Assembly (NCBI GenBank): GCA_025041175.1
Contig: JAKCFJ010000001.1
Span: 1,915,526-1,939,525, forward strand
Direction: 5' to 3'
DNA length: 24,000 bases
Origin: Halobacteriales archaeon YIM A00010
GTDB lineage: Archaea; Halobacteriota; Halobacteria; Halobacteriales; Haloarculaceae
Shown: piece by piece, positions 6,984-14,754 of the stretch
Numbering within the stretch: position 1 is the first letter of the stretch
Layout: each line of letters opens with the position of its first letter
Made by a program: the position numbers and the translations under genes
The notes under the pieces: generated by a model
Told to the model about the DNA's origin: nothing
Database searches by the model: none
The model's input: the letters and a program-made list of their open reading frames with translations, nothing else

Positions 6984-8780
6984 ATGGACCTATCAGCACA
7001 GCTCGCTCTGACTGTTTTGATGGGGGTGTTTCTCGCTGCCGTGGCGATGGCCCTGTCGCGCATGGAGAACTGGCGGTCGTACACACCGCTCGTGAGCGGG
7101 GGAACCGCAGTGGGTGGAGAGACCGGCTACGTCTCCAAAGAAAAGCCGGCCGGCTTCACGCGCTGGTTGACAACGGTCGATCACAAGGACATCGGGATAC
7201 TGTACGGCGCGTTCGCAGTCATCTCCTTTGGCTGGGCTGGCGTGGCAGTGCTGTTGATGCGGGCAGAACTCATGACGCCCGCGATGGACATGCTCACCGG
7301 GCTTGGCGGTGAGAACTTCTACAACGGATTGATGACGAGCCACGGCATCACTATGCTGTTTCTGTTCGGAACGCCGATTCTCTCGGCGCTTGCGAACTAC
7401 TCGCTTCCGCTGCTCATCGGAGCCGACGACATGGCGTTCCCCCGGATCAACGCCATCGCGTTCTGGCTGCTGCCGCCGGCTGCGATCCTCATCTGGGCAG
7501 GGTTTTTCCTCGATCCGATGACGGACGGTGCTATTCAGGCTTCTCAGACGAGCTGGACGATGTACGCGCCGCTTTCGGCCGAACAGGCCAACCCCGGCGT
7601 GGATCTGTTCTTGCTGGGGTTACACCTGTCAGGGATTTCGGCCACGATGGGGGCGATCAACTTCATCGCAACCGTCTTCACCGAGCGCGCAGAGGACGTG
7701 AACTGGGCCAACCTCGACATCTTCTCGTGGACGATGCTCACCCAGTCGGGACTGATCCTGTTCGCGTTCCCACTTCTGGGAAGCGCGCTGATCATGTTGT
7801 TGCTGGACCGGAACTTCGGCACCACCTTTTTCGCCGCCGAGGGGGGCGGACCGATGCTCTGGCAGCATTTGTTCTGGTTCTTCGGGCATCCGGAGGTGTA
7901 CATCCTCATCTTGCCACCGATGGGCGTCGTGAGCCTCATCCTCCCCAAGTTCGCGGGCCGGAAGCTGTTTGGCTTCAAGTTCGTCGTCTACTCGACGCTG
8001 GCGATCGGTGTGCTTTCGTTTGGCGTGTGGGCACACCACATGTTCTCGACGGGGATCGACCCGCGCATCCGGCTGAGCTTCATGGCGGTGTCGCTGGCGA
8101 TCGCCATCCCGAGCGCCGTCAAAACGTTCAACTGGATCACCACGCTGTGGAACGGTGATATCCGGTTGACGGCGCCGATGCTGTTCTGTATCGGCTTCGT
8201 CTCCAACTTCATCATCGGCGGCGTGACCGGAGTCTTCCTCGCGGCCGTTCCGGTCGATCTTCTCCTTCACGACACGTATTACGTGGTCGGGCACTTCCAC
8301 TACCTCGTCATGGGCGCGATCGCGTTCGCCGGCTTTGCGGCCATGTACTACTGGTATCCGATCTTCACCGGCCGCATGTACCAGCGAACGCTCGCACGGT
8401 GGCACTTCTGGCTCTGGATGATCGGCTCCAACATCACCTTCTTTGCGATGTTGTTGTTGGGCTACGACGGCATGCCACGCCGGTACGCGACGTACGAACT
8501 CGCGGATGGCGGCGCGTTCTCGGCGCTCATCCAGAACCTCCACGTGATCGCAACCGTCGGCGCGTTCATCATGGCCGTCGGGACGATCATCTGGCTGTGG
8601 AACTTCGTGGTCTCGTGGTACGAAGGTCCCGAAGTCGGGGAAGATCCGTGGGATCTCCGGGAGTACGGCATGGAATCCCGGGAGTTCGAATGGCACGCCA
8701 AACGCATCCAGACGGCCGTCACCGACGGCGGCGAGGAAGAGGCCGCCACTGACGGTGGAACCGAATCGACCGACGAGTAA
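6984..8780 (+). CDS. coxA: Heme-copper (cytochrome c/quinol) oxidase subunit I
   Basis: 598 aa and polytopic, with WFFGHPEVYILILP, AHHMF and VVGHFHY metal-ligand motifs and an acidic C-terminal tail. Confidence 0.95.
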   Translation: MDLSAQLALTVLMGVFLAAVAMALSRMENWRSYTPLVSGGTAVGGETGYVSKEKPAGFTRWLTTVDHKDIGILYGAFAVISFGWAGVAVLLMRAELMTPAMDMLTGLGGENFYNGLMTSHGITMLFLFGTPILSALANYSLPLLIGADDMAFPRINAIAFWLLPPAAILIWAGFFLDPMTDGAIQASQTSWTMYAPLSAEQANPGVDLFLLGLHLSGISATMGAINFIATVFTERAEDVNWANLDIFSWTMLTQSGLILFAFPLLGSALIMLLLDRNFGTTFFAAEGGGPMLWQHLFWFFGHPEVYILILPPMGVVSLILPKFAGRKLFGFKFVVYSTLAIGVLSFGVWAHHMFSTGIDPRIRLSFMAVSLAIAIPSAVKTFNWITTLWNGDIRLTAPMLFCIGFVSNFIIGGVTGVFLAAVPVDLLLHDTYYVVGHFHYLVMGAIAFAGFAAMYYWYPIFTGRMYQRTLARWHFWLWMIGSNITFFAMLLLGYDGMPRRYATYELADGGAFSALIQNLHVIATVGAFIMAVGTIIWLWNFVVSWYEGPEVGEDPWDLREYGMESREFEWHAKRIQTAVTDGGEEEAATDGGTESTDE

Positions 8781-8862
8781 CGCTGTCCGCGATCCGCTGA
8801 TTCTCGCCCGTTCGTGTTACGCTCGTATCCACTCGAGGATGGCGAGGGATTCGAAACGAAGT

Positions 8863-8961
8863 ATACTGTCGGACAGATCCACGAACGGATTGCGACGGAA
8901 TATCCATCTGCTGTCTGGCGTTCACCAGCGTCTGATATTCAATCACCTCTGTCCGACAGTA
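8863..8961. repeat. Hairpin-ended mini-element, compact uninterrupted copy
   Basis: Perfect 13-bp inverted repeat: TACTGTCGGACAG (8864-8876) and CTGTCCGACAGTA (8949-8961). The interior is homologous to 246-318 plus 430-452. Confidence 0.8.
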
Positions 8962-8991
8962 ACAGTATGCGCGCGTCGCTACGAGAAGTGG

Positions 8992-9462
8992 ATGCCAGAC
9001 GTGGATATTCAGCGAGCGACCGGTGCCGATGCGAAAGCGCTCACAGCGGTGTACCGGAGCGCGTATCGGGAGAACCGCGAACTCGGATTTCCGGCCACAG
9101 CAGGATCAGTAACTCCCCCGACCGTCGCGGACTGGATTCGGGAGTGCCGGATCTACGCGGCCAGAACTGGTGGCGAGATCGTCGGCGGTGTACGACTCGA
9201 ACTGACGGAGAACGATCGCGCAAAGCTCAGCCGGTTTGGCGTTCACGAGGACTGCAAAGGAGAAGGGATCGGGAGTGAACTGCTCGATCACGCGGAGAAA
9301 CAGGCTCACGAACGCGGCTACGTGGTGATTTGGCTCACGACGCCCAAAAACCATCCGTATCTTCCCGGGTTCTATCGCCGTCGTGGATACGAAAAAACGG
9401 GAGACTACCCCCTAGAGAACCGCGAGTACGACGAAATTATTATGGAAAAGCAACTTCGATAG
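8992..9462 (+). CDS. GNAT-family N-acetyltransferase
   Basis: Start moved to the ATG at 8992 (MPDVDIQRATGADAKALTAVY...). Acetyl-CoA motif HEDCKGEGIGSELLDHAEKQAHERGY. The track's 5' extension overlaps coxA and runs through the repeat element. Confidence 0.85.
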   Translation: MPDVDIQRATGADAKALTAVYRSAYRENRELGFPATAGSVTPPTVADWIRECRIYAARTGGEIVGGVRLELTENDRAKLSRFGVHEDCKGEGIGSELLDHAEKQAHERGYVVIWLTTPKNHPYLPGFYRRRGYEKTGDYPLENREYDEIIMEKQLR

Positions 9463-9587
9463 AGGAGATCCTCGTACCGACCGAAAGACATCCGAATCAG
9501 GTGCGTAGAGCCCACTCGACTGTACGTCATTTGTATCTATTTACCGATTCCGATCGATCCACGCTTTGAACGCACGGATATCCCTCG

Positions 9588-9989
9588 TCACACATCGGAC
9601 TCACTGTTGGAATCTGTGTCATCGACCAACGCGTCCATCGTCTCGATGAATTCCGTCGAACGTTCGAGCAACTCGTTCACATCGGCGGGGACGGGCTGGT
9701 ATTCGTAGTCGGCCCGTTCTCTATAGTCGTATATCTGACTGAAAAACGTCCCATGAGTCGGAGCGAGCGCTCCGTTCTGGACCAGTTCTTTGCCGATCAG
9801 GACTTTGATGCCTTTGTGCGTCTTTAGATTGTGTCCTCGATCGTACAGGACAGCACGCGTCGCGTGGAAACACGCGTAGTACAGTCGATTCACCGCTGTC
9901 TTGTCCGACATGCCGCGATCCTTGAGCGTGTACACCTCGGAAAGAAGCGTGTGCGCCTCCTGGAGAGCGTCAGCAACGTCTTCATCCAT
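9588..9989 (-). CDS. HEPN-domain protein (putative toxin partner of the upstream nucleotidyltransferase)
   Basis: 133 aa and all-helical. NRLYYACFHATRAVL and YDYRERADYEY resemble the HEPN signature. Its start overlaps the stop of the upstream gene by 8 nt (ATGGATGA). Confidence 0.75.
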   Translation of the reverse strand: MDEDVADALQEAHTLLSEVYTLKDRGMSDKTAVNRLYYACFHATRAVLYDRGHNLKTHKGIKVLIGKELVQNGALAPTHGTFFSQIYDYRERADYEYQPVPADVNELLERSTEFIETMDALVDDTDSNSESDV

Positions 9990-10569
9990 ACACGCGGCCC
10001 TCTTGGAGTACGTTTTTGATGTACGCCCTGTCTCGTTGTTCCTCTAACTCCTCGACTGTTTTGAAATTCAAGGAGAGGGCAACGCTGTGTTCGAGCATCA
10101 CGTCAAACGCGATCTCGTAGGCAGGATCGTACACGGTTTCTCGGGTGGCTGTGGACGGTGTGATGACCAGTACGTCCACGTCGGAGTCGATGCCCCGCGC
10201 CTCACCGCGGGCCGTGCTCCCATACAGGATGAGCTGCTCGATCTCGTCTCCCCACTGCTCGGTCATCCGGGAGGCAAACGCCTCGAAGGCCTGTTCGTGT
10301 TGCGGGTCGGTGCGCACAGACCACACGAGCGAGTTTCCCACTTTCTTTTTATTGATCCGTTTGTCATCGGCTAATGCGTCAAGTCGGTGTTGTGCGCTCC
10401 GTCGATGAATGCCGATCTCATCAGCAACTTCCTGAGTCGAGGCCGGGGAATGCCTCCTGACAGCTTCCATGAATACACGATCAGGGTACGATCGCTCGAA
10501 ACGGCCTGACTGGTTATCACGATCCATCTCCTCCATAGGAGACGGTACGTCAACTGGCGTGAAAAGCAC
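9982..10569 (-). CDS. wHTH-fused minimal nucleotidyltransferase (MNT-type, putative antitoxin)
   Basis: LILYGSTARGEARGIDSDVDVLVI matches the G-S...D-x-D polymerase-beta-type NTase motif. The N-terminal roughly 85 aa (STQEVADEIGIHRRSAQHRLDALADDKRINKKKVGNSLVWSV) form a wHTH. An alternative start at Met12 is possible. Confidence 0.8.
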   Translation of the reverse strand: MLFTPVDVPSPMEEMDRDNQSGRFERSYPDRVFMEAVRRHSPASTQEVADEIGIHRRSAQHRLDALADDKRINKKKVGNSLVWSVRTDPQHEQAFEAFASRMTEQWGDEIEQLILYGSTARGEARGIDSDVDVLVITPSTATRETVYDPAYEIAFDVMLEHSVALSLNFKTVEELEEQRDRAYIKNVLQEGRVYG

Positions 10570-10611
10570 ACTGGTGACCGACGTGGAGGACGGCCCGGTT
10601 GGTCCGCGTCG

Positions 10612-11130
10612 TCAGTCTTCCCGGCTGTACCTCATCAGAACCAGTTCCTCGGTGCCCTCCTCGGGAATCTCGATGGCGGGATCGAACAGGTCGAATCCCA
10701 CCGATTCGTAGTAGGGAATCAGGCCGCGCCGACACCGCAACGAGAGACTCACGTTCTCCAACGCGGGATGATCGACGACCGCACTCATGAGCGTTTCACC
10801 GACCCCCTCGCCGCGGCGGTCGGCGGCGACAATCACATCACCAGAACGCTCCGCGTTCTGGTTAGCAGCCAGAAATCAAAGATTTCTGGCGACATCGAAC
10901 ACAATCGCGTAGTAGGTGTGATCGGTCATGACCCGCGCCGCGGCCACGAGTTCGCCGGCGTCTTCGACGCCGACGGCGACGTCCGTTTCGGAAAGCGCCG
11001 CCCGAACGTCCCCACTCTCGCGGTCGGCCCACCACTCGTATCCTTCGTATAGGGCAGTCAACGCTTCAGCATCGTCGGGTGTTAGATCCCTGATTTCACT
11101 CACAGCTGATCGATCGTCGTCACCGGACAA
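10612..11130 (-). pseudogene. GNAT-family acetyltransferase interrupted by a 51-bp insertion carrying an in-frame TGA
   Basis: ORFs 10876-11130 (...YYAIVFDV-ARNL*) and 10612-10836 ((V)IVAADRRGEGVGETLM...) are in the same frame. Together they form one GNAT protein once 10840-10896 is removed. Confidence 0.85.
10840..10890. mobile_element. 51-bp double-hairpin insertion with flanking direct repeat
   Basis: Two hairpins: ACCAGAACGC-TCC-GCGTTCTGGT (10840-10862) and CCAGAAATC-AAA-GATTTCTGG (10869-10889). The ends are inverted ((A/G)CCAGAA). It is flanked by cACATC (10834-10839) and gACATC (10891-10896). Confidence 0.65.
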
Positions 11131-11181
11131 CCGCTTTGTGGTGGCGTGGGAACGAGCAACGCAGTCGATTCGACAGGGTAC

Positions 11182-11277
11182 TCAGTACACGGCGTTCGTG
11201 ATGAGGACGATCCCGGTGACGAACATCAGCACGGCGATCCCGACGAGGACGAGGAGGAGGAGATCCTTTTCGCGCAT
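11182..11277 (-). CDS. Possible 31-aa hydrophobic micro-protein
   Basis: Hand translation gives MREKDLLLLVLVGIAVLMFVTGIVLITNAVY*, a single TM helix with an ATG start, in otherwise unassigned DNA. Confidence 0.25.
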   Translation of the reverse strand: MREKDLLLLVLVGIAVLMFVTGIVLITNAVY

Positions 11278-11335
11278 ACGCCGGCTTATAGTCGCAGGAC
11301 AAAAGGCTAATCGTACTGGTGTTCGTAGCACCAGT

Positions 11336-11608
11336 GTGAGTCACGACGGTTCCGCATACGACGGTCATCGGTTCGTGACCGGTCTCTACCTCGTTATCGT
11401 CGGCATTGCCGCGCTCGCCGGATACATCATCGGGAGCCTCGGGGTCGAGGGGATGGACCCGGAGCTGTTCGGGATCATCCAGCTCCCACCCACGGCGCTC
11501 GGGATGGCCCTGTACGGAGGGATCACGGTCGGAGCGATGCTTGGGGCGTTGTTCGTGGTAATGATCTACGTTTCGAACCGGTACGCCGATCCTGATGGGA
11601 GGCAGTGA
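11336..11608 (+). CDS. Small two-TM membrane protein
   Basis: Only the 3' third of track ORF 10928-11608 looks real: (V)SHDGSAYDGHRFVTGLYLVIVGIAALAGYIIGSLGVEGMDPELFGIIQLPPTALGMALYGGITVGAMLGALFVVMIYVSNRY. The GTG at 11336 is the only plausible start. The upstream part is Arg-rich antisense of the GNAT pseudogene. Confidence 0.5.
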   Translation: MSHDGSAYDGHRFVTGLYLVIVGIAALAGYIIGSLGVEGMDPELFGIIQLPPTALGMALYGGITVGAMLGALFVVMIYVSNRYADPDGRQ

Positions 11609-11651
11609 TTCCATCCACGGGATTAAGCGTCAGTGACCGCTGTGTTCTGCT

Positions 11652-12041
11652 ATGTACCACGTCGTTACGGGGATCGCCCCCGACGATCCACAGGTTCGCT
11701 CGAAGGTGAACGCCATCGCCGGTCTGCCCGCTGCCGTCGAGTCCGTTTCGGTGACGATCGTCCACGTGACCGACGAAGAGACCGATCTCCTTGCGATTCC
11801 GACGGTCGCCGACGCCCACGAGCAACTCACCGACCGCGGGATCGACGTGTCGCTGCGCGCCGCCGACGGAACGCCGCTGAACGCCGTGCTTTCAGTGGCC
11901 GAGGACCAAGACACCGATCTCATCTGTATCGGCGGCCGCCGCCGGTCTCCCGCCGGGAAAATGCAGCTCCGCAGCGGCTCCGAAGCGGTCATTCTCAACA
12001 CCGATCGTCCCGTGTTGATCGCCGGCCGAGACGAAGCGTGA
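11652..12041 (+). CDS. Universal stress protein (UspA family)
   Basis: 129 aa. ICIGGRRRSPAGKMQLRSGSEAVILNTDRPVLI matches the USP G-x2-G-x9-G-S nucleotide-binding motif. Confidence 0.85.
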   Translation: MYHVVTGIAPDDPQVRSKVNAIAGLPAAVESVSVTIVHVTDEETDLLAIPTVADAHEQLTDRGIDVSLRAADGTPLNAVLSVAEDQDTDLICIGGRRRSPAGKMQLRSGSEAVILNTDRPVLIAGRDEA

Positions 12042-12050
12042 ACGCCATAC

Positions 12051-13277
12051 TCACAGCCGGACGAGACAGACGTACCGACTCAGCGACTCCAGAGCGCCAT
12101 CGCCGTCGTCCGCGGATTCGGGAGAGACGACCACCGGAACGTCCGTTTCGTCTGTGCTGTGTGAGAGCGCCCGACCGGCCGCCTCGAACGCTCCACACTC
12201 CGCGACGACGACCACGAGCCGGACAAACGGCGTCGTCACGAGGAAATCGGGTCCTGTTTCGGGTTCGTTGACGGCTGTGGGACCGTAGCCGTTGGTCAGC
12301 GCGCGCCGGACCCGATCGCGGAACACCGCCTGTGGTTCGGTCTCCGTGGCGGGGGTCAACGGGCCGTGCTCGTCGACGACCGCCGCCATCGGAACGGCGA
12401 GCGTGACCCGGTCACTCCCCGCAAACAGGAGGTGCGTGGCGCGAAAGCCGTCGTCCGCTTGGATCCCGATCACGCTCCCGCTGTCGCCGCTGGCGCTCAT
12501 CGGACTGAAGACGCCGACCCCCTCGAAGACGACCGGTTCGTCGTAGTACCCCCGCACCCGAACGCGCGCGTCACGACCGCGCTGGCCGCCGGTCGTCACG
12601 CCGGTCGTTCGACCGCTTTTCGTGTACGTTGCGTCCATGTCGGCCGATTCTTCGATCCCGACGAGCGGACCGATCCCGAGAACGTCTCCAGCGATCGCGT
12701 CGGGATCGACGGCGACCAGCGCGCTGTCGGTCGTGTTTGGCTCCGTGCGTGTGATCTCGCTGTACTCGCGCAGCTCTCCGATCGCATCCCCCTCGGTTCC
12801 GCCGTCGGCCGGGCCGGGCTGGTAGAGGGGATCGCCCTTCGAGGCGGAACCGATCGGGGCGGCGACGTGGGCGTTCGTGAGCACGACCGGACGATTCTTG
12901 GCGTCGAGCACCACCGGCGATCCGAGCGTTCCGGCGGTGGTTTCGGGATGACCCACCGAGACGCCCGCCGGCGCTGGCCGCCACCGACGGGTTCGATCCG
13001 TGTCGGACTCGACCGGCTCGACAGCGCCACCGACTGCGTGGATCCGTGGCTCGCCGATCTCCTGTACGTCCGTGGGGACCTCCTGCCCGTCGATCTTCAC
13101 CGTTTCGGGGACGACAGCCTCCGTGCTGAGTTGATCCTCCGGTATCTTCCGGGTGACGAGGACGATCACGCTTTCCTCGCCGGTTTCTCGCCCACCGACG
13201 CGCCGGTTGCCGAGACACGTTCCGATGACGTTCGGGTGTGATTCGAGTGCGTCCCGAACGGAGTCAGGAAGATGCAT
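12051..13277 (-). CDS. Chymotrypsin/trypsin-fold (S1-like) serine protease with extra N- and C-terminal domains, no signal peptide
   Basis: 408 aa. The triad candidates appear in the order H-D-S: LTNAHV, TDSALV, SGDSGS. There is an N-terminal module of about 100 aa and a C-terminal module of about 95 aa of unknown function. The N-terminus is not hydrophobic. Confidence 0.8.
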   Translation of the reverse strand: MHLPDSVRDALESHPNVIGTCLGNRRVGGRETGEESVIVLVTRKIPEDQLSTEAVVPETVKIDGQEVPTDVQEIGEPRIHAVGGAVEPVESDTDRTRRWRPAPAGVSVGHPETTAGTLGSPVVLDAKNRPVVLTNAHVAAPIGSASKGDPLYQPGPADGGTEGDAIGELREYSEITRTEPNTTDSALVAVDPDAIAGDVLGIGPLVGIEESADMDATYTKSGRTTGVTTGGQRGRDARVRVRGYYDEPVVFEGVGVFSPMSASGDSGSVIGIQADDGFRATHLLFAGSDRVTLAVPMAAVVDEHGPLTPATETEPQAVFRDRVRRALTNGYGPTAVNEPETGPDFLVTTPFVRLVVVVAECGAFEAAGRALSHSTDETDVPVVVSPESADDGDGALESLSRYVCLVRL

Positions 13278-13425
13278 GCTGATTACGGTTCGTCCGGAAC
13301 GGCGGTAAACGTTTGGCCAACGACATCACCCACCACAGCCCATCCGTCGGAATCGCGGGCCTGATATGCCCGGACGCGAAATTCTTCCGTACTGGAGCGT
13401 AGACGGATACCGATCGACGCACACC

Positions 13426-14754
13426 ATGACGAACCACGATACCGGCAGTCCCTTCGCACCACACACCCCCGATGAGACGGCGGCCATGCTCGCCGCCGTG
13501 GGGGTGGACAGCGAAGAGGAACTGTTCGACATTCCCGATGAGGTACTGTTCGACGGTGAGTTTGGCATCGCTCAACGGTCGGAACAGTCAGTGATCGACG
13601 AAACAAAAGCAGTATTGGGCGAGAATTCAGACTTGGCTGAATTTCTCGGACGAGGACATTACGACCACTACGTTCCGTCGTGGGTCGACCACGTCGCTGA
13701 TCGATCCGAGTTTCTCACGAGCTACACGCAGTATCAGCCCGAGATCGCCCAGGGGTTCCTCCAGGCGCTGTTCGAGTATCAGTCGATGCTCGTGGAGCTG
13801 ACGGGGCTTCCGGTTGCGAACTGCTCGATGTACGACGCGGCCACGGCGCTCGGGGAGGCCGCAACCCTCGCTAGCCGTGCTCGAGCGACCACGGGCGAGA
13901 CGGTGCTCGTGCCCGAGTTGCTCGACGCAGGTCGACGCGAGGTGGTAGAAAACTACGTAGCAGGGACCGACATGCGCGTCGAGTCCTATCCGATGGCTGA
14001 CGGGAACGCGGACGTAACCGCGCTCGAACGCCGTATGGACGACGACGTGGCGCTGTTGTACGCCGAGACACCCACGGTCCGGGGCACCATCGAGGAACAG
14101 CTCACCGAACTCGGGCGGCTCGCCCACGCCACCGACGCGCTGTTCTGTCTCGGCACCGACGTGGTCGCGCTCGCGCTGTTAGAAGAGCCCGCGAGCGTCG
14201 GCGCTGACGTCGTCGTCGGGGGGGCGGGATCGTTGGGGCTTTCGACGAGCTACGGAATGGGTCTCGGGCTGTTTGCCTGCCGCGAGCGGTTCTTGCGCCA
14301 GGTGCCCGGGCGGCTCGTCGGAGCGAGCGAGGACACCACTGACCGGCGGGCGTACACCCTCACCCTCCAGACGCGCGAACAACACATCCGCCGAGAGCGC
14401 GCGACGAGCAACATCTGCACGAATCAAGCGTGGGTTGCGCTCCGAGCCGCGATGTGCATCGCTTCGCTCGGTCCCGACGGGCTGGTCGAGCTCGCAAACG
14501 ACTGCGTGAAGGGAGCACAGGAACTCGCCGGGAAACTGGACGCGATCGACGGCGTCTCAGCCCCGGTGCATGACCGACACCACTTCAGGGAGTTCGTCGT
14601 CCGCGTACGAGCCGCCCCGGAGATGCGGACAAAGCTGGAAGAGCGTGGGTTCGCCGTCCACGCCGTCGACGACCACCTCCTCCAGGTGTGTACGACCGAG
14701 ACGAACGCGGACGAGCGCGACCGCCTCGTCGCGGCCATGGAGGAACTTGCATGA
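13426..14754 (+). CDS. gcvPA: Glycine dehydrogenase (aminomethyl-transferring) subunit 1
   Basis: Start moved to the ATG at 13426 ([34 protein letters not shown]). [11 protein letters not shown] and the overall layout are typical of the P-protein alpha subunit. Confidence 0.93.
   Translation: MTNHDTGSPFAPHTPDETAAMLAAVGVDSEEELFDIPDEVLFDGEFGIAQRSEQSVIDETKAVLGENSDLAEFLGRGHYDHYVPSWVDHVADRSEFLTSYTQYQPEIAQGFLQALFEYQSMLVELTGLPVANCSMYDAATALGEAATLASRARATTGETVLVPELLDAGRREVVENYVAGTDMRVESYPMADGNADVTALERRMDDDVALLYAETPTVRGTIEEQLTELGRLAHATDALFCLGTDVVALALLEEPASVGADVVVGGAGSLGLSTSYGMGLGLFACRERFLRQVPGRLVGASEDTTDRRAYTLTLQTREQHIRRERATSNICTNQAWVALRAAMCIASLGPDGLVELANDCVKGAQELAGKLDAIDGVSAPVHDRHHFREFVVRVRAAPEMRTKLEERGFAVHAVDDHLLQVCTTETNADERDRLVAAMEELA

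Noticed and set aside
7629-8696. 355-aa reverse-strand ORF and other ORFs inside coxA
   Set aside because: It is antisense to oxidase subunit I. The basic Arg/His/Pro-rich composition is incompatible with an acidic haloarchaeal proteome.
8755-8991. 5' extension of the GNAT ORF (track start 8755), and similar long starts at 13366, 14688, 20724, 17803 and 6497
   Set aside because: The extensions overlap upstream genes or run through the repeat element, and they encode basic non-conserved-looking sequence. Internal ATGs give N-termini typical of the families and remove the overlaps.
12366-13241. 291-aa (+) and 215-aa/144-aa (-) ORFs overlapping the protease gene
   Set aside because: These are alternative-frame or antisense shadows. 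They are extremely Arg-rich, and only the 408-aa frame carries catalytic motifs.
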